A stretch of 64,000 nucleotides of DNA, taken from assembly GCF_902713615.1 (NCBI RefSeq), contig NW_024055490.1, positions 715,262 through 779,261 on the forward strand, in the 5' to 3' direction. Source of the stretch: Scyliorhinus canicula. Its lineage: Eukaryota. Shown piece by piece: positions 50,734 to 61,849 of the stretch (position 1 is its first letter; every line of letters begins with the position of its first letter). The translations under genes and the position numbers were made by a program. Below the pieces are notes generated by a model. It was not told where the DNA came from, made no database searches, and was given only the letters and a program-made list of their open reading frames with translations.

Positions 50734-51081
50734 GATTGTGACGTACACAGCTCAGTTAGCTGGATTGTGACGTGCACAGCTCAGTTTGCTGGATTGTGAC
50801 GAACACAGCTCAGTTAGCTAGATTGTGACGGACACAGCTCAGTTAGCTGGATTGTGACGAACACAGCTCAGTTAGCTAGATTGTGACGTACACAGCTCAG
50901 TTAGCTGGATTGTGACGTACACAGCTCAGTTAGCTGGATTGTGACGTACACAGCTCAGTTAGCTGGATTGTGCCGTACACAGCTCAGTTAGCTGGATTGT
51001 GACGTACACAGCTCAATTAGCTGGATTATGACGTACACAGCTCAGTTAGCTGGATTATGACGTACACAGCTCAGTTAGCTG
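50734..51081 (+). repeat. 12 x 29-bp tandem array (GATTGTGACGTACACAGCTCAGTTAGCTG)
   Basis: Exact period 29 (units start 50734, 50763 ... 51053); 23 AGCT motifs. Confidence 0.97.
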
Positions 51082-51165
51082 GACGGCTGGCTCGTGATGA
51101 AGAGCGATCCCAGCAGCGTGGGTTCAATTGCTGCACCGGCTGAGGGTGTTCATAAAGAACCCCAG
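51066..51165 (+). mobile_element. Truncated tRNA-derived SINE head continuous with the last unit of the 29-bp array
   Basis: A-box-like CAGCTCAGTTAG followed by B-box-like GGTTCAATTGC at about 51121-51131. Confidence 0.55.
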
Positions 51166-51511
51166 GACTATGGCGGGGTTTTACATTTTGGAGAACATGA
51201 TGGCTGAAATAATGGGAAAAATCATCCGCTCTTCGCTTTCAATCCAATGAAATTTACATCATTCTGATTACATCAAAATGTTGTTTTATGCCAGGTGATA
51301 TGGACAGAGAAAAATATGTAAGTTTCCAATGAGGGGCCAAACAGGTGGTGATTCTCAAATGATAGAACTAATAGAAGCTGAAATGTGGATGGAGCATTTA
51401 TTGGGAAAATGTTGGAATAAACGCATCATTCTCGTGAATTTTAGAAATGTTTGGTTGCTTAATAAATACAATCCCAGAGTCTAACCTGTTGAATGGGCCA
51501 TTCTCTCCCAG

Positions 51512-51811
51512 CGACACCGACTCCGCCCACTCTCTACAGCCTGGTCTCCTCCTGTCAGCAACACAACACCGACGGCTCCGTAACCGTTGGCTGTTTAGCG
51601 ATGGACTACTCCCCAGAAATCACCAGCCTTACCTGGAAGAAAGATGGGCAGCTGATCACCACTGGAGTTAAGAAATACCCGTCAGTGAGAAACAAAAAGG
51701 GAACCTACACCCTGAGCAGCCAGTTAACCATCACCGAGTCAGAGGTGGAATGCAGCAAAATCAGCTGTGTGGTTCGACACAGCGGCTCAGACAAGAGCAT
51801 TGGAATGAAAT
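51512..51811 (+). CDS. IGHM: Cmu1 exon ([46 protein letters not shown]...[17 protein letters not shown])
   Basis: Acceptor CCCAG| at 51511, C1-set Cys/Trp pattern, donor T|GTAAGT at 51812; phases match JH and Cmu2. Confidence 0.96.
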
Positions 51812-52008
51812 GTAAGTGTTGTAGAAACTGTGAGAAACAGACGCTTTGATTACTTTATTTAAATCTTTGGATATAATACATTGATGGTTCTCTGCACAGT
51901 TCTGATTCCTGCGAGAAATAGTGATCACAGAGAAACTGTTAAAATATAATTAAACATTTTATTCGTCACTATCTTCTTCAAGAAATGTCTAACTTGTGTT
52001 TCTTGAAG

Positions 52009-52320
52009 GTCCTCCACCTGGCATCCATCCAAATGTTCTCCTCACCGTGAGTTCCAGTGAAGAAATCTCAAGCAAGAAATTTGTAACCATCGTCTGTTCA
52101 ATCAACGATTTCCGTCCAAATTCAATCACGGTGAAATGGCTGAAGAATGGACAACCCATGGATTCAGGAATTATCACCTCTCCCGCCTGTGAAGTGAACG
52201 GGAATTTCTCAGCGAGCAGTCGGCTGACAGTCTCCGCTGGGGAATGGTTCAGCAAAGCGGTCTATACCTGCCAGGTCACTCATCAAGAGGTCACCCAAAG
52301 TCACAACATCACCGCGTCTG
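52009..52320 (+). CDS. IGHM: Cmu2 exon ([34 protein letters not shown]...[19 protein letters not shown])
   Basis: Acceptor GAAG| at 52008, open C1-set domain, donor G|GTAAGA at 52321. Confidence 0.95.
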
Positions 52321-52959
52321 GTAAGAGACACAAACAGAGGAAACAATAAATCATCCTGCATTCTGATGTTAATCCAAATCAGGAATTTACTGGAGTTAGT
52401 ACAAAGCACAGAACAACTTCTAATTTACTGCCATGTAGTTTGTGTTTCATTCTGATGTAAGAGCTGCATTAGGATTGCTCACCATTCAGGATTTGATCAG
52501 TATAGAAATAAATGTTTCCCTCTAACCTGAAGTAATTTAGGGAGTCAGGTGGATTTGATATCAGCTTTATCCTGAGACAGCTGATTAAATTGCAGAGGCA
52601 ATGGCTGTCTGGAACCCTTTACTGAAACCAGCTCGGGACGAAGATTTTGGAAAGTTCATCCAACCTATTTATAAATCAGCCTTCAGCATTAGGTTTCTGA
52701 GATCAGGACTGGAATATTTGTATTGGGAATGCTGCAATACTGATTCATTAGAATGGTTTCGAGGCTGACTGTATTTCAAAATGAGAATAGTTTTCACAAA
52801 CCAAACTGGTTTTCCATTGTGTATAGAAGATTGAAAGGCGATCATTAGAGGTTCTTATTTCGAAGTTGATTTATTCCCGTTGAGTGAGTGAAGGCTGAAT
52901 CCTGCTGTCCTGATTCTGAAGATGAAACTTGGGTTGATTTCCATGTTTTTCATTCACAG

Positions 52960-53268
52960 ATCCTTCCGGTTGCTCTTACGCCTCAGTAACAATACTGCCA
53001 CCACCAATAGAACAGGTCTTACTGGAGGCGACTGTAACCTTAACCTGCGTCATTTCGAATGCTCCTTATGGAGTCAACGTGTCCTGGAGTGAAGCGAAGA
53101 AGCCGCTGAAATCAGAGATTGCCGACCAGCCTGGGGCAGATACTGAGAGCGTGGTCAGCAAATTAAACATCTCGACACAAGCCTGGCTGAGCGGGGCAGT
53201 GTTTGACTGTGTGGCGAGCCATCAGGACCTGCCAACTCCTTTAAGAATTTCAATTCACAAAAAAATAG
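52960..53268 (+). CDS. IGHM: Cmu3 exon ([33 protein letters not shown]...[22 protein letters not shown])
   Basis: Acceptor CACAG| at 52959, open C1-set domain, donor G|GTGAGC at 53269. Confidence 0.95.
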
Positions 53269-53469
53269 GTGAGCGGTGAGACTGAAGCAATAATTGAGCC
53301 ATTGTGTCTATTTCTAGTGTCAGTGCAGCGGTCAGTATTTAGCATTCAGTGTATTTATGGTCCATTCTGATTGGTAATTCCACTAATTAAATACTATGGG
53401 CGTTTAGAGTTTAAGGGGGGAATTGATATGCAGATGAATGAACAATGAATTGAAAACAGTGATATTGGG

Positions 53470-54700
53470 TTTAGATGGAGCAAGACCATAGACCACAAGA
53501 CTTAGGAGCAGATGTAGGCCATTGGGCCCATCAACACTGATCCAGCCTTCAGTGAGGTCATGACTGACCTGATGTGATAATCTTCCACTCCTCTTTCCCG
53601 CCTTATCCCCATATCCCTTGACGCCGTTACTGATTTAAAATGTGTCTCTCTCAACATTGAACGTACTGAACAACCCAGAATCTACAGCCCCCGGGTTAAA
53701 TAATTCCACAGCTTCACTACCCTCTGAGAGAGGAAATTCCTTCTCATCTCTGTCGGAAATGGGCGGACCCTTACTTTGTGATCATTCACTCTGCTCCGAG
53801 ATGCTCCCACAAGGGAAAACAACCTCTCAGCATCTATCCTAAGAAGCTCCCTGAGAATGTTTCATGTCTCAATTAGGCCGCCTTCGTTCTTCTAAACACC
53901 AATATGTACAACCCAACCTAGTTAACCTCGCCCCATAAGAAAATCCCTCCATACTCGGGATCAGCCTCATGATCCTTCTCTGGACTGCCTTCAAAACCAA
54001 TCTGTCTTCCTTAGGTAAAGGCACCAAAACGATTCAAAGTATATCAGGTGTAGACTAACTAATGCCTTGTATAATTTGAGCTCGACGTCCCCATGTTTAT
54101 ATTCTATTCCATTTGAAATAAATGTCCACATTCAATTTGTCTCCATATTACCAGCAGAACTTGCTTTTTGTGGTTTCTGCACGAGGAATCCCAATTCCCC
54201 CGTTACTTAAGCTTTCTACAGTCTTTCTACATCTAAAACATATTCCGTTATGTTCTTCCCCCTACCGAAGTTTCAAACCTCACATTTTCCTACATCATAT
54301 TCCATCTGCTAAGTTTTTACTCGGTAACTTACGCTGTCTCTGTCCCTCTGTGGATTTTCTGTAATCCTCACCACTTGCCTTTCTACCTATTTTTGTCATC
54401 TGCAAACGTGCGAAACGTACATACATTTATTAAACACAGTTTTGAAATTCATGTATATTACATCTACTGGTCCTCCTCTCTCTCGCCTTCTCGTTATCAC
54501 CTCAAATAAGGGCACTAAATTTGTCAAGAAATGATTTCCCCTTCACGAAGCCGTGCTGACTCTGTTTGATTATATTGTGTATTTCTAAATGCTCAGCTAT
54601 TGGATCCGTTGTAATGGACTCGAACCGTTTTCCACTGACAGATGTTAAAGTCCCTGGCCTATAGTTACCTGCTTTTGTCTCCCTCCCTTTAGAATAAAGG
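53470..54700 (-). mobile_element. Decayed CR1 fragments in the Cmu3-Cmu4 intron
   Basis: CCATAGACCACAAGAC tail, CTCTGAGAGAGGAAATTCC and ATGATTTCCCCTTCACGAAGCCGTGCTGAC (QHGF region, antisense). Confidence 0.7.
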
Positions 54701-55025
54701 TGTTACATTGGCAGTTTTCTAATCCTCTTGGGGTAAGGTGGGAGGAGCCTGATGTGGAGTTTATACACCAGCACAGAACCGTTGGGCCGAATGGCCTTTT
54801 CCCTGCTGTACACATTCTGAAACTTTCGAATCCAATATCCGTAAATTCTCAGGGAAAAGGATTGTGTCCACCTCTGCTCCGAGCTGGGAAACCGGACAGA
54901 TCCCAACGTGGAAAATGGAAACCTTTAAAATCCAACACAAAACACATTTCTCCCACATCTAACCCGCGGTTCCATTGTCTCCGGAATTCCCCATTTTATT
55001 GACATTTATTGTACATTTTCTGCAG

Positions 55026-55417
55026 ATCCCAATCCGCGGGAACCGTCCGTCTCTGTCCTCCTGCCCTCGGCTGAAGATGTCTCCGCTCAGAGATTCGTCT
55101 CCCTCAGCTGCTTAGTGAGAGGTTTCTCCCCCCGAGAGATCTTCGTCAAGTGGACCGTCAATGACAAGCCGGTGAATCCCGGGAACTACAAGAACACCGA
55201 GGTGATGGCGGAGAACGGCAATAGCTCCTTCTTCATGTACAGCCTGTTATCCATTGCAGCGGAGGAGTGGGCCAGCGGCGCTTCTTACTCCTGTGTGGTG
55301 GGACATGAAGCCATCCCCTTGAAGATCATCAACAGAACGGTTGATAAATCCAGCGGTAAACCCAGTTTTGTGAACATTTCCCTCGCTCTGATGGACACCG
55401 TTAATTCATGTCAATGA
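55026..55417 (+). CDS. IGHM: Cmu4 exon plus secretory tailpiece ([20 protein letters not shown]); internal donor for the membrane form after 55355
   Basis: Acceptor TGCAG| at 55025; [17 protein letters not shown] and [11 protein letters not shown] motifs; internal G|GTAAA donor at 55356; tailpiece with N-x-S sequon and penultimate Cys; TGA ends at 55417. Confidence 0.97.
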
Positions 55418-55440
55418 GAATCTATTGCATTTCGAACTCA

Positions 55441-55455
55441 AATAAAAATAATAAA
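55441..55455 (+). terminator. Secretory mu polyadenylation signals (two AATAAA)
   Basis: AATAAA at 55441-55446 and 55450-55455, 24 bp after the secretory stop. Confidence 0.85.
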
Positions 55456-55869
55456 GGTTTTTTCCTCCAATTGTGATTTAAATGTACAGCCGCTTAATTA
55501 ATGGAGCTTCCACTTTGCTGATATTAGATCTGTTCAATGAGACCCGGATTTCTACAGGTCTCAGCCCCAAGTCTGATACAACCAGAGCTCCCAGCTCAGA
55601 TACCCCTGGGTTAGAGACGGAGTAAAACTCATTCATTCCAGGATTCAGCAAAATATCTTCATTGACTTTCCTCCCGCTGAGGAGAAATCGGACAATTCCC
55701 CATTTCAGACAAACAAACCCATCACCTTTAGATCTCGGTGTTCCTGCTTCTCTCATTGTCCATCCCTTTAAAATTAATGTCAGCTTTAAGTTGCTGCATC
55801 ACACCCACTGGGAACTGAATTGAGGGTCACACAGAAACATCGACCAACAATCACCCGTGAGGGGAAAGT

Positions 55870-57005
55870 GAAATTGTTAATCCACTGTACCCACACTTCC
55901 CCAACAGAGAGAGGGGGAGGGGCATTAGTTAATCCACTGTACCCCCACTTCCCCAACAGTGAGAAGGGGAGGGGCATTAGTTAATCCACTGTACCCGCAC
56001 TTCCTCAACAGAGAGGGGGAGGGGCTTTAGTTAATCCACTGTACCCCCTGCTGTCCCAACAGGGGGAGGGGCATTAGTTAATCCACTGTACCCGCACTTC
56101 CTCAACAGAGAGGGGGAGGGGCATTAGTTAATCCACTGTACCCCCACTTCCCCAATAGAGAGGGGGGGGGGGAATTAGTTAATCCACTGTATCCGCACAT
56201 TCCCAATAGGGGGAGGGGCATTAGTTAATCCACTGTACCCGCACTTCCTCAACAGAGAGAGGGGGAGGGGCTTTAGTTAATCCACTGTACTCCCACCTCC
56301 CCAATAGAGAGAGGCGGAGGGGCATTAGTTAATCCACTGTACCCCCACCTCCCCAATAGAGAGAGGCGGAGGGGCATTAGTTAATCCACTGTACCCCCAC
56401 TTCCCCAACAGAGAGAGGGGGAGGGGCATTAGTTAATCCACGGTACCCCCACTTCCTCAACAGAGAGGGGGAGGGGCTTTAGTGAATCCACTGTACCCCC
56501 ACTTCCCAACAGAGGGGGAGTGGCATTAGTTAATCCACTGTACCCCCACTTCCCCAATAGAGAGAGGGGTGGGTTAGTTAATCCACTGTACCCCCACTTC
56601 CCAACAGAGAGAGGGGGAGGGGCATTAGTTAACCCACTGTACCCCCAGCTCCTCAAAAGAGAGAGGGGGAAGGTCTTTAGTAAATCCATTATACCCCCAC
56701 TTCCTCAACAGAGAGAGGGGGAGGATCTTTAGTTAATCCACTGTACCCCCACTTCCCAACAGAGAGAGGGGGAGTGGCATTAGTTAATCCACTGTCCCCC
56801 CCACCTCCCCAACAGAGAGAGGGGAGCGGCATTAGTTAATCCACTGTACCCCCACTTCCCCAACAGAGAGAGGGGGAGGGGCATTAGTTAATCCACTGTA
56901 CCCCCACTTCCCCAACAGAGAGAGGGGGAGGGGCATTAGTTAATCCACTGTACCCCCACTTCCCCAACAGAGAGAGGGGGACGGGCTTTAGTTAATCCAC
57001 CGTAA
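55870..57005 (+). repeat. ~23 x ~50-bp minisatellite (GGGGGAGGGGCATTAGTTAATCCACTGTACCCCCACTTCCCCAACAGAGAGA)
   Basis: About 23 AATCCAC-like cores were counted between the secretory poly(A) site and TM1. Confidence 0.95.
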
Positions 57006-57549
57006 CCCAATTCCCCAACAAAGAGAGCAAAGGGGCAATACTAACCCATTTTACCTCCACTTTCCCGACCAAAAGAGGAGGAAGGTGATGAGTGAACTCT
57101 CTGTATCTCCACCTCCAGCAGGGAGAACCCAAAGGCAATTTGCTGAGCTGACCAGAGAGAGGGAGATTATTAACCCAATATCTTCCCAGTCCCCAAACAG
57201 GGAGTTTGGAAGTAAACGGTTCCACAGACTAAGAATTCAGTTACTGACATTACAAGGCGGCATGTAGCTTACTGGCTGAAGGCTTTAAAAGACCATCATG
57301 ATAAAGATGTTCTTAAAGTATCTATTTATGCAACAGAATTTTTTAGCACCCTTGTTCCTCTTATCCGTATGCTGAAACCGATTCCCCAGAATCCAAATCC
57401 AGGCTGGTGATTGAATTCTCCCTGGGTTTTCACTGTTCTCTCCTGAGGCACCTCCTTGTATTTTTGCATTAGGTCACCTGATGTCAGCTTGTAACTCACG
57501 GAAAACACATTTATAAGCACAAAGTTCAACATATTCTACATCGGTATCA

Positions 57550-58130
57550 ATAATACCCACAACTGGCAAAGCTACAGGCAGCTGATGCAAATACACAGAC
57601 AGATAAACAGACACAGACACTACACATACATGCACACAGACCCACAAACACACACACGCTCACACGTAGACACAAACACACACATGGACACACACATAGA
57701 AACACATGCACAAACATACACCCAGGCACATCGAACCACACATATTTTGACATAAAAACACACGCAAACGTGCGTAAAAATTCACAAACATGCACATAAA
57801 CACAAACAGGCACACGTGCACATCCACACATAGACACACAAATCCACACACACAAGTGGCTACACAAATGTACACAAACAGACACATACAGCCACATGTC
57901 CACACAGATACACAAACATATAAAACCAGACAAACAGACTGACAGAAGAATATTAAACACAAATGTAACCAATAACATGTACATTAGCAGAATTTCACGA
58001 TGACAGAAATATTTCCATTTAGAGACAATAATCCACAGTAACACACTTATGGACACACGTAGACACATATTAGCAGACTCGTACACACGCTAACACGAAC
58101 ACATATGAATACACATAGAATCATCAATAC
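57550..58130 (+). repeat. AC-rich low-complexity tract (also about 58500-58890)
   Basis: ACAC-rich degenerate microsatellite. Confidence 0.85.
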
Positions 58131-58159
58131 ACATCAATAGATAGTTATAAACAACCATC

Positions 58160-59078
58160 AACGAATAAATAGTGCTGCTGCCTCACAGCACCATAAACCC
58201 GGGTTCAATTCCAGCCTTGGGTGATTGTGTGGAGTTCCCACGTTCTCCAGTGTCTGTTCCTGTTTCCTCCGAGTGCTCCGGTTTCCTCCCACAGTCCAAA
58301 GATGTGCAGGTTAGGTGGATTGGCCATGCTATATTACCCCTTAATGACCACAACGTTAGGTGGGTTACGATGTTCTGGGGATAGGGCAGGGGCATGCGTC
58401 CAGGTAGAGTGTCCTTTCGGAGGGTCGGTGCAGTCTCAATGGGCCGAATAGCCTCATTCGGCACAGTCGGGATTATCCGATGATGATTCTATGATGAAAT
58501 ACACACATCAACAAAAACACACACACACAAACGCACTTACCCAGACACAAACATTAAGACACTGACATGCATGTTGAATGTATAAAGACACATTAACACT
58601 TTTATTACTGGGCAGGGAAGTATAAACTTATATTAACACAGACATTAATATATAAACATAGATTTCAACACACAAACACACACAATAAAACACTCATATA
58701 TAAACATTGACTTAAGATAAATTTACCCAAAGGCGCTGACACACAGGTACACAGATCAATACTCATTGACACATGAACACACACAATGACACTTATAAAG
58801 ACATCGGGACACACAAATGAAGAGTAAAGAAACACGAATTTCGCATCTACACAGACACAAAAGCTAAAGAACAAACACAAACATCAGACAAGGGCAGCAC
58901 AGTGACGCAATGGTTAGCACTGCTGCCTCACGCCACCATGGACCAGGGGTTGATCCCGCTCCTGGGTCTCTGTCCCTGTGGAGTTCCCCGTGACCCGTGG
59001 GTCTTACCCCGACAACCCAATGATGCGCAGGCTAGGTGGATTGGCCAGGCTAACTTGCCCCATAATTGGAAGAAAAAA
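58160..59078 (+). mobile_element. Two HE1-type SINEs (about 58160-58480 and 58892-59078) separated by an AC-rich tract
   Basis: tRNA heads and V domains are recognisable in both. Confidence 0.75.
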
Positions 59079-59213
59079 GTTACAGAGATCGATTTCCGAG
59101 TGTCATGAACTCAACAGTAGATATGCAATGAAAATATATTAAAGAATGAATTAGCAGCAGGAGAAAATTATACGGGAATATTAAAAACAAAACGTGTATT
59201 AAATTAAATTTAA

Positions 59214-59390
59214 AATGCTTATTGTCACGAGTAGGCTTCAATGAAGTTACTGTGAAAAGCCCCTAGTCGCCACATTCCGGCACCTGTCCGGGGAGGCTGG
59301 TACAAGAATCGAACCGTGCTGCTGGCCTGCTTGGTCTGCTTGGTCTGCTTTAAAAGCCAGTGATTTAGCTGAGTGAGCTAAACCAGCCCC
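59214..59390 (-). mobile_element. tRNA-Lys-like SINE ending 46 bp before the TM1 exon
   Basis: Reverse complement of the 26708-26891 copy. Confidence 0.88.
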
Positions 59391-59436
59391 TATTAACAAA
59401 CAATCTGATTATATTTATTCGGCTCTATTCCCGTAG

Positions 59437-59564
59437 ATATCACAGACCACACCTGGACTGAAGACGATGAGGATGATAATGGGAACATCTGGACAACCGC
59501 TTCCACATTCATCACCCTGTTCTTCCTGAGCATTTCCTACAGCGCTGCAGTCACTCTGGTGAAG
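59437..59564 (+). CDS. IGHM: IgM TM1 exon (DITDHTWTEDDEDDNGNIWTTASTFITLFFLSISYSAAVTLVK)
   Basis: Acceptor CGTAG| at 59436 in phase with the Cmu4 internal donor; acidic spacer; antigen-receptor TM motif (TF..LF.LS..YS..VT); donor AAG|GTGAGA. Confidence 0.95.
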
Positions 59565-59704
59565 GTGAGAAGATTCAATCCACTCACACATCAAACTGAC
59601 AGAAGCCGTTTAAAACATCTCTAAATGTTTGATTGATTAAAAACTCTAACATCAATGTCCCAGATCATAAACATCGGCTTCATCATTTTCTCTCTCTTTT
59701 ACAG

Positions 59705-59713
59705 ATCAAGTGA
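59705..59713 (+). CDS. IGHM: IgM TM2 exon (IK*)
   Basis: Long pyrimidine tract + ACAG| then ATC AAG TGA, giving the cytoplasmic tail KIK. Confidence 0.85.
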   Translation: MK

Positions 59714-60118
59714 TGGGTTGACGTTCGGACACTGTAGATTTCCCTCAGCTGTTTATTATGATGTGTGTGTGACACAAATACAATATCTCCTCTTGGTGTC
59801 TCTAACAGTAAAATTCTCTCAGTTTATTATTCTGCATCTGTAACTGAGACAATCATGGACAGTATTTCTGCTTTTCAGTTTAAAATGTACGAGATAATTT
59901 TGGCTGTAATGTAATTGTAGCTAGTAATTTCTTTCAATGTCATGTCTAAATAAGTAACTTATCTCGGATCTTATTCACAACTCTTGCCTTCCCTTTATGT
60001 TGAGCTCCTGTTCTCTCTTGTGTCTGTTACAGTTGTACATACATTTGGCAGCTCAGAGGGCATGTGTTCTGTTCTCACTGTGACCCTCAATCGTTATGTT
60101 CCCTTTTGTAAACATCAA

Positions 60119-60159
60119 AATAAACTTTTGTGTAATATTTTCTCTGAAATTTTAATAAA
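60119..60159 (+). terminator. Membrane mu polyadenylation signals
   Basis: AATAAA at 60119-60124 and 60154-60159, about 400 bp after the TM2 stop. Confidence 0.65.
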
Positions 60160-60544
60160 AATTGAATGAAAAATGAAGAAAATAAGACTAATCTGAACTC
60201 CTTTCTCTAAAGTCCATCGGCACCGCTCCATTTCCCCGATTATACAGTTGTCTCCCCTTTCCCAGACAGATATTTCTCACCAGTCCTGTCTGGGATGTGT
60301 CTGAACTCAAGGCCCCTCAGTGAAAGAGCCACTGCGCCACCATGCGGCCCATCCGGGTTAAGACACCTTTACCTTTGTCTTTTTATGGTAAACTCTGGAG
60401 ACAGAATGATTTCACAGCTGAAGAATTCCAGAGATTCACTACCCTCTGATGGAAGAAATGTCTTCTCACCTCTGTCCTAAATTTGAACCGCTTCCTCTGA
60501 GATTATGCCCTCTGGTCCTAGACTCTCCCACAAGAGGAAACAAG

Positions 60545-60793
60545 ATGATTTTTCAGGCTGTGTAACTGGTTAAAGCTCTTTCCACAGTCAGTTCACTGGG
60601 ACACTCCCACTCAGGTGTGTGTGTGTCTCGGGGCTTTTCCAGTCACACTGATGTTTGAAATCTCTTCCCACAGTCAGAACAGACAAACACATTGACAGTT
60701 TGATATTTAGATGCTAATGAATTGAGTGACTGTCAGATCTTGATGTTATATTTGGTTCGATTTGCCCAGCTGCCAATCCTCCCGTTCTAATGC
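60545..60793 (-). pseudogene. C2H2 zinc-finger gene remnant
   Basis: Minus strand acceptor TTTTTCAG, then VFVCSDCGKRFQTSV*LEK and Q*TDCGKSFNQLHSLKNH; in-frame stops in both fingers. Confidence 0.7.
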
Positions 60794-60954
60794 CTGAAAA
60801 AGAAGTTTACAAAAATGATCACCAGAAGAACAGGGTAGAAATTCACAACAGATCATTTTAGTTTCTATCAAACCTTCTTTCCTCTCTTGCTTTCCCCAAG
60901 CATGTGGTCCAGTCAAAATAAAAGACCAAAATCAGCTAGAAGCCCCAACAAAAG

Positions 60955-61205
60955 TGTGACTGCCTGTGCGGAGTCTGCCTGTTCCCACCGTGTCTGCGTG
61001 GGGTTCCTCCGGGTGCTCCGGCTTCCTCCCACAGTCCAAAGATGTGCAGGTCAGGTGTGGCCATGCTAAATTGCCCTCATGTTAGATGGGATTGCTAGGT
61101 TACAGGGATGGGGTGGAGGTGTGGTCTTAAGTAGGATGCTCTTTCCAAGAGCCGGTGCAGACTCGATCGGCCGAATGGCCTCCTTCTGCACTATAAATTC
61201 TATAA
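60955..61205 (+). mobile_element. HE1-type SINE
   Basis: V domain plus CR1-like tail. Confidence 0.75.
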
Positions 61206-61849
61206 TTGTATCTCAATGTATTGAACAATCCATGGAGGTAGGAGAGAGGCAGGGAAATGAGAGCCGGAAGGAAGGCGCGGGTTACATTATCGAACATGGT
61301 ATCTCCAGGAGTAGGGAACGAGGAGAATAAAGACGAAAGACAGGAGCAACGACAGAAGCGGAGGTGAGCGCAAGACGGCAGTGAGATCTGTCCGGGAGAA
61401 GCAAGCGACAACACCAACACCAAACCCATTCGAGTATTGCTCACTGCAATTGTTTCTCCGGCACCCGAATGTATATTTACCTCCCCAATCTCTCCCCCCC
61501 GCCCCCCGCCCGCAAACAGTCGCTTACTTATGTGTTGTAAATAATTTTGCCAGGTGTACCGAGTTGCTGCTGTTGAGCTGCTGCACAATACCCTACCAGT
61601 TATTCTATTTTATTTTTTATTGTATTTTTAAAAATTATTCACTATTTTCTTTTCTTTGGTATGTTGGGGTGTGTCCTTCTCTTCTATACATGTGTGTGTG
61701 GTGTGTGTGTATATATTTATATATGTTTCTTATCCTGTGTACATAACGGTAAATATACTTTGTTCAAAAACCCAACAAAAAACATTTACCAAAACAAATG
61801 TATTGAACAATCAGCCAGTCAGCCTGAAATCTGCCTCACAATGCCCGGG

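Larger units (their letters stand above)
37752..60159 (+). other. IGHM: Complete germline (unjoined) shark IgM heavy-chain cluster: L-VH-D1-D2-JH-Cmu1-4-sec-TM1-TM2
   Basis: Ordered segments with RSSs obeying the 12/23 rule, about 310-360 bp between V, D1, D2 and J. There are four C1-set exons, a secretory tail ending in Cys-Gln, and TM exons. This is the multicluster IgH layout established for elasmobranchs. Confidence 0.97.

Noticed and set aside
50734-51081. 29-bp array as a CRISPR array
   Set aside because: The units are contiguous with no unique spacers, there are no cas genes, and the DNA is eukaryotic.
51740-51770. Extra Cys in Cmu1 (EC..ISC)
   Set aside because: I recall a similar Cys in nurse shark Cmu1, so it is probably not novel (not verified).
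57547-58086. Cys/Val-rich 179-aa ORF on the minus strand
   Set aside because: It is a translation of a (GT)-rich low-complexity tract.
37752-59713. IgW, IgNAR, TCR or germline-joined identity for the locus
   Set aside because: Four C exons with mu-type sequence and tailpiece, a conventional VH with full FR2/CDR2, and separate D1, D2 and J with intact RSSs all point to an unjoined IgM.
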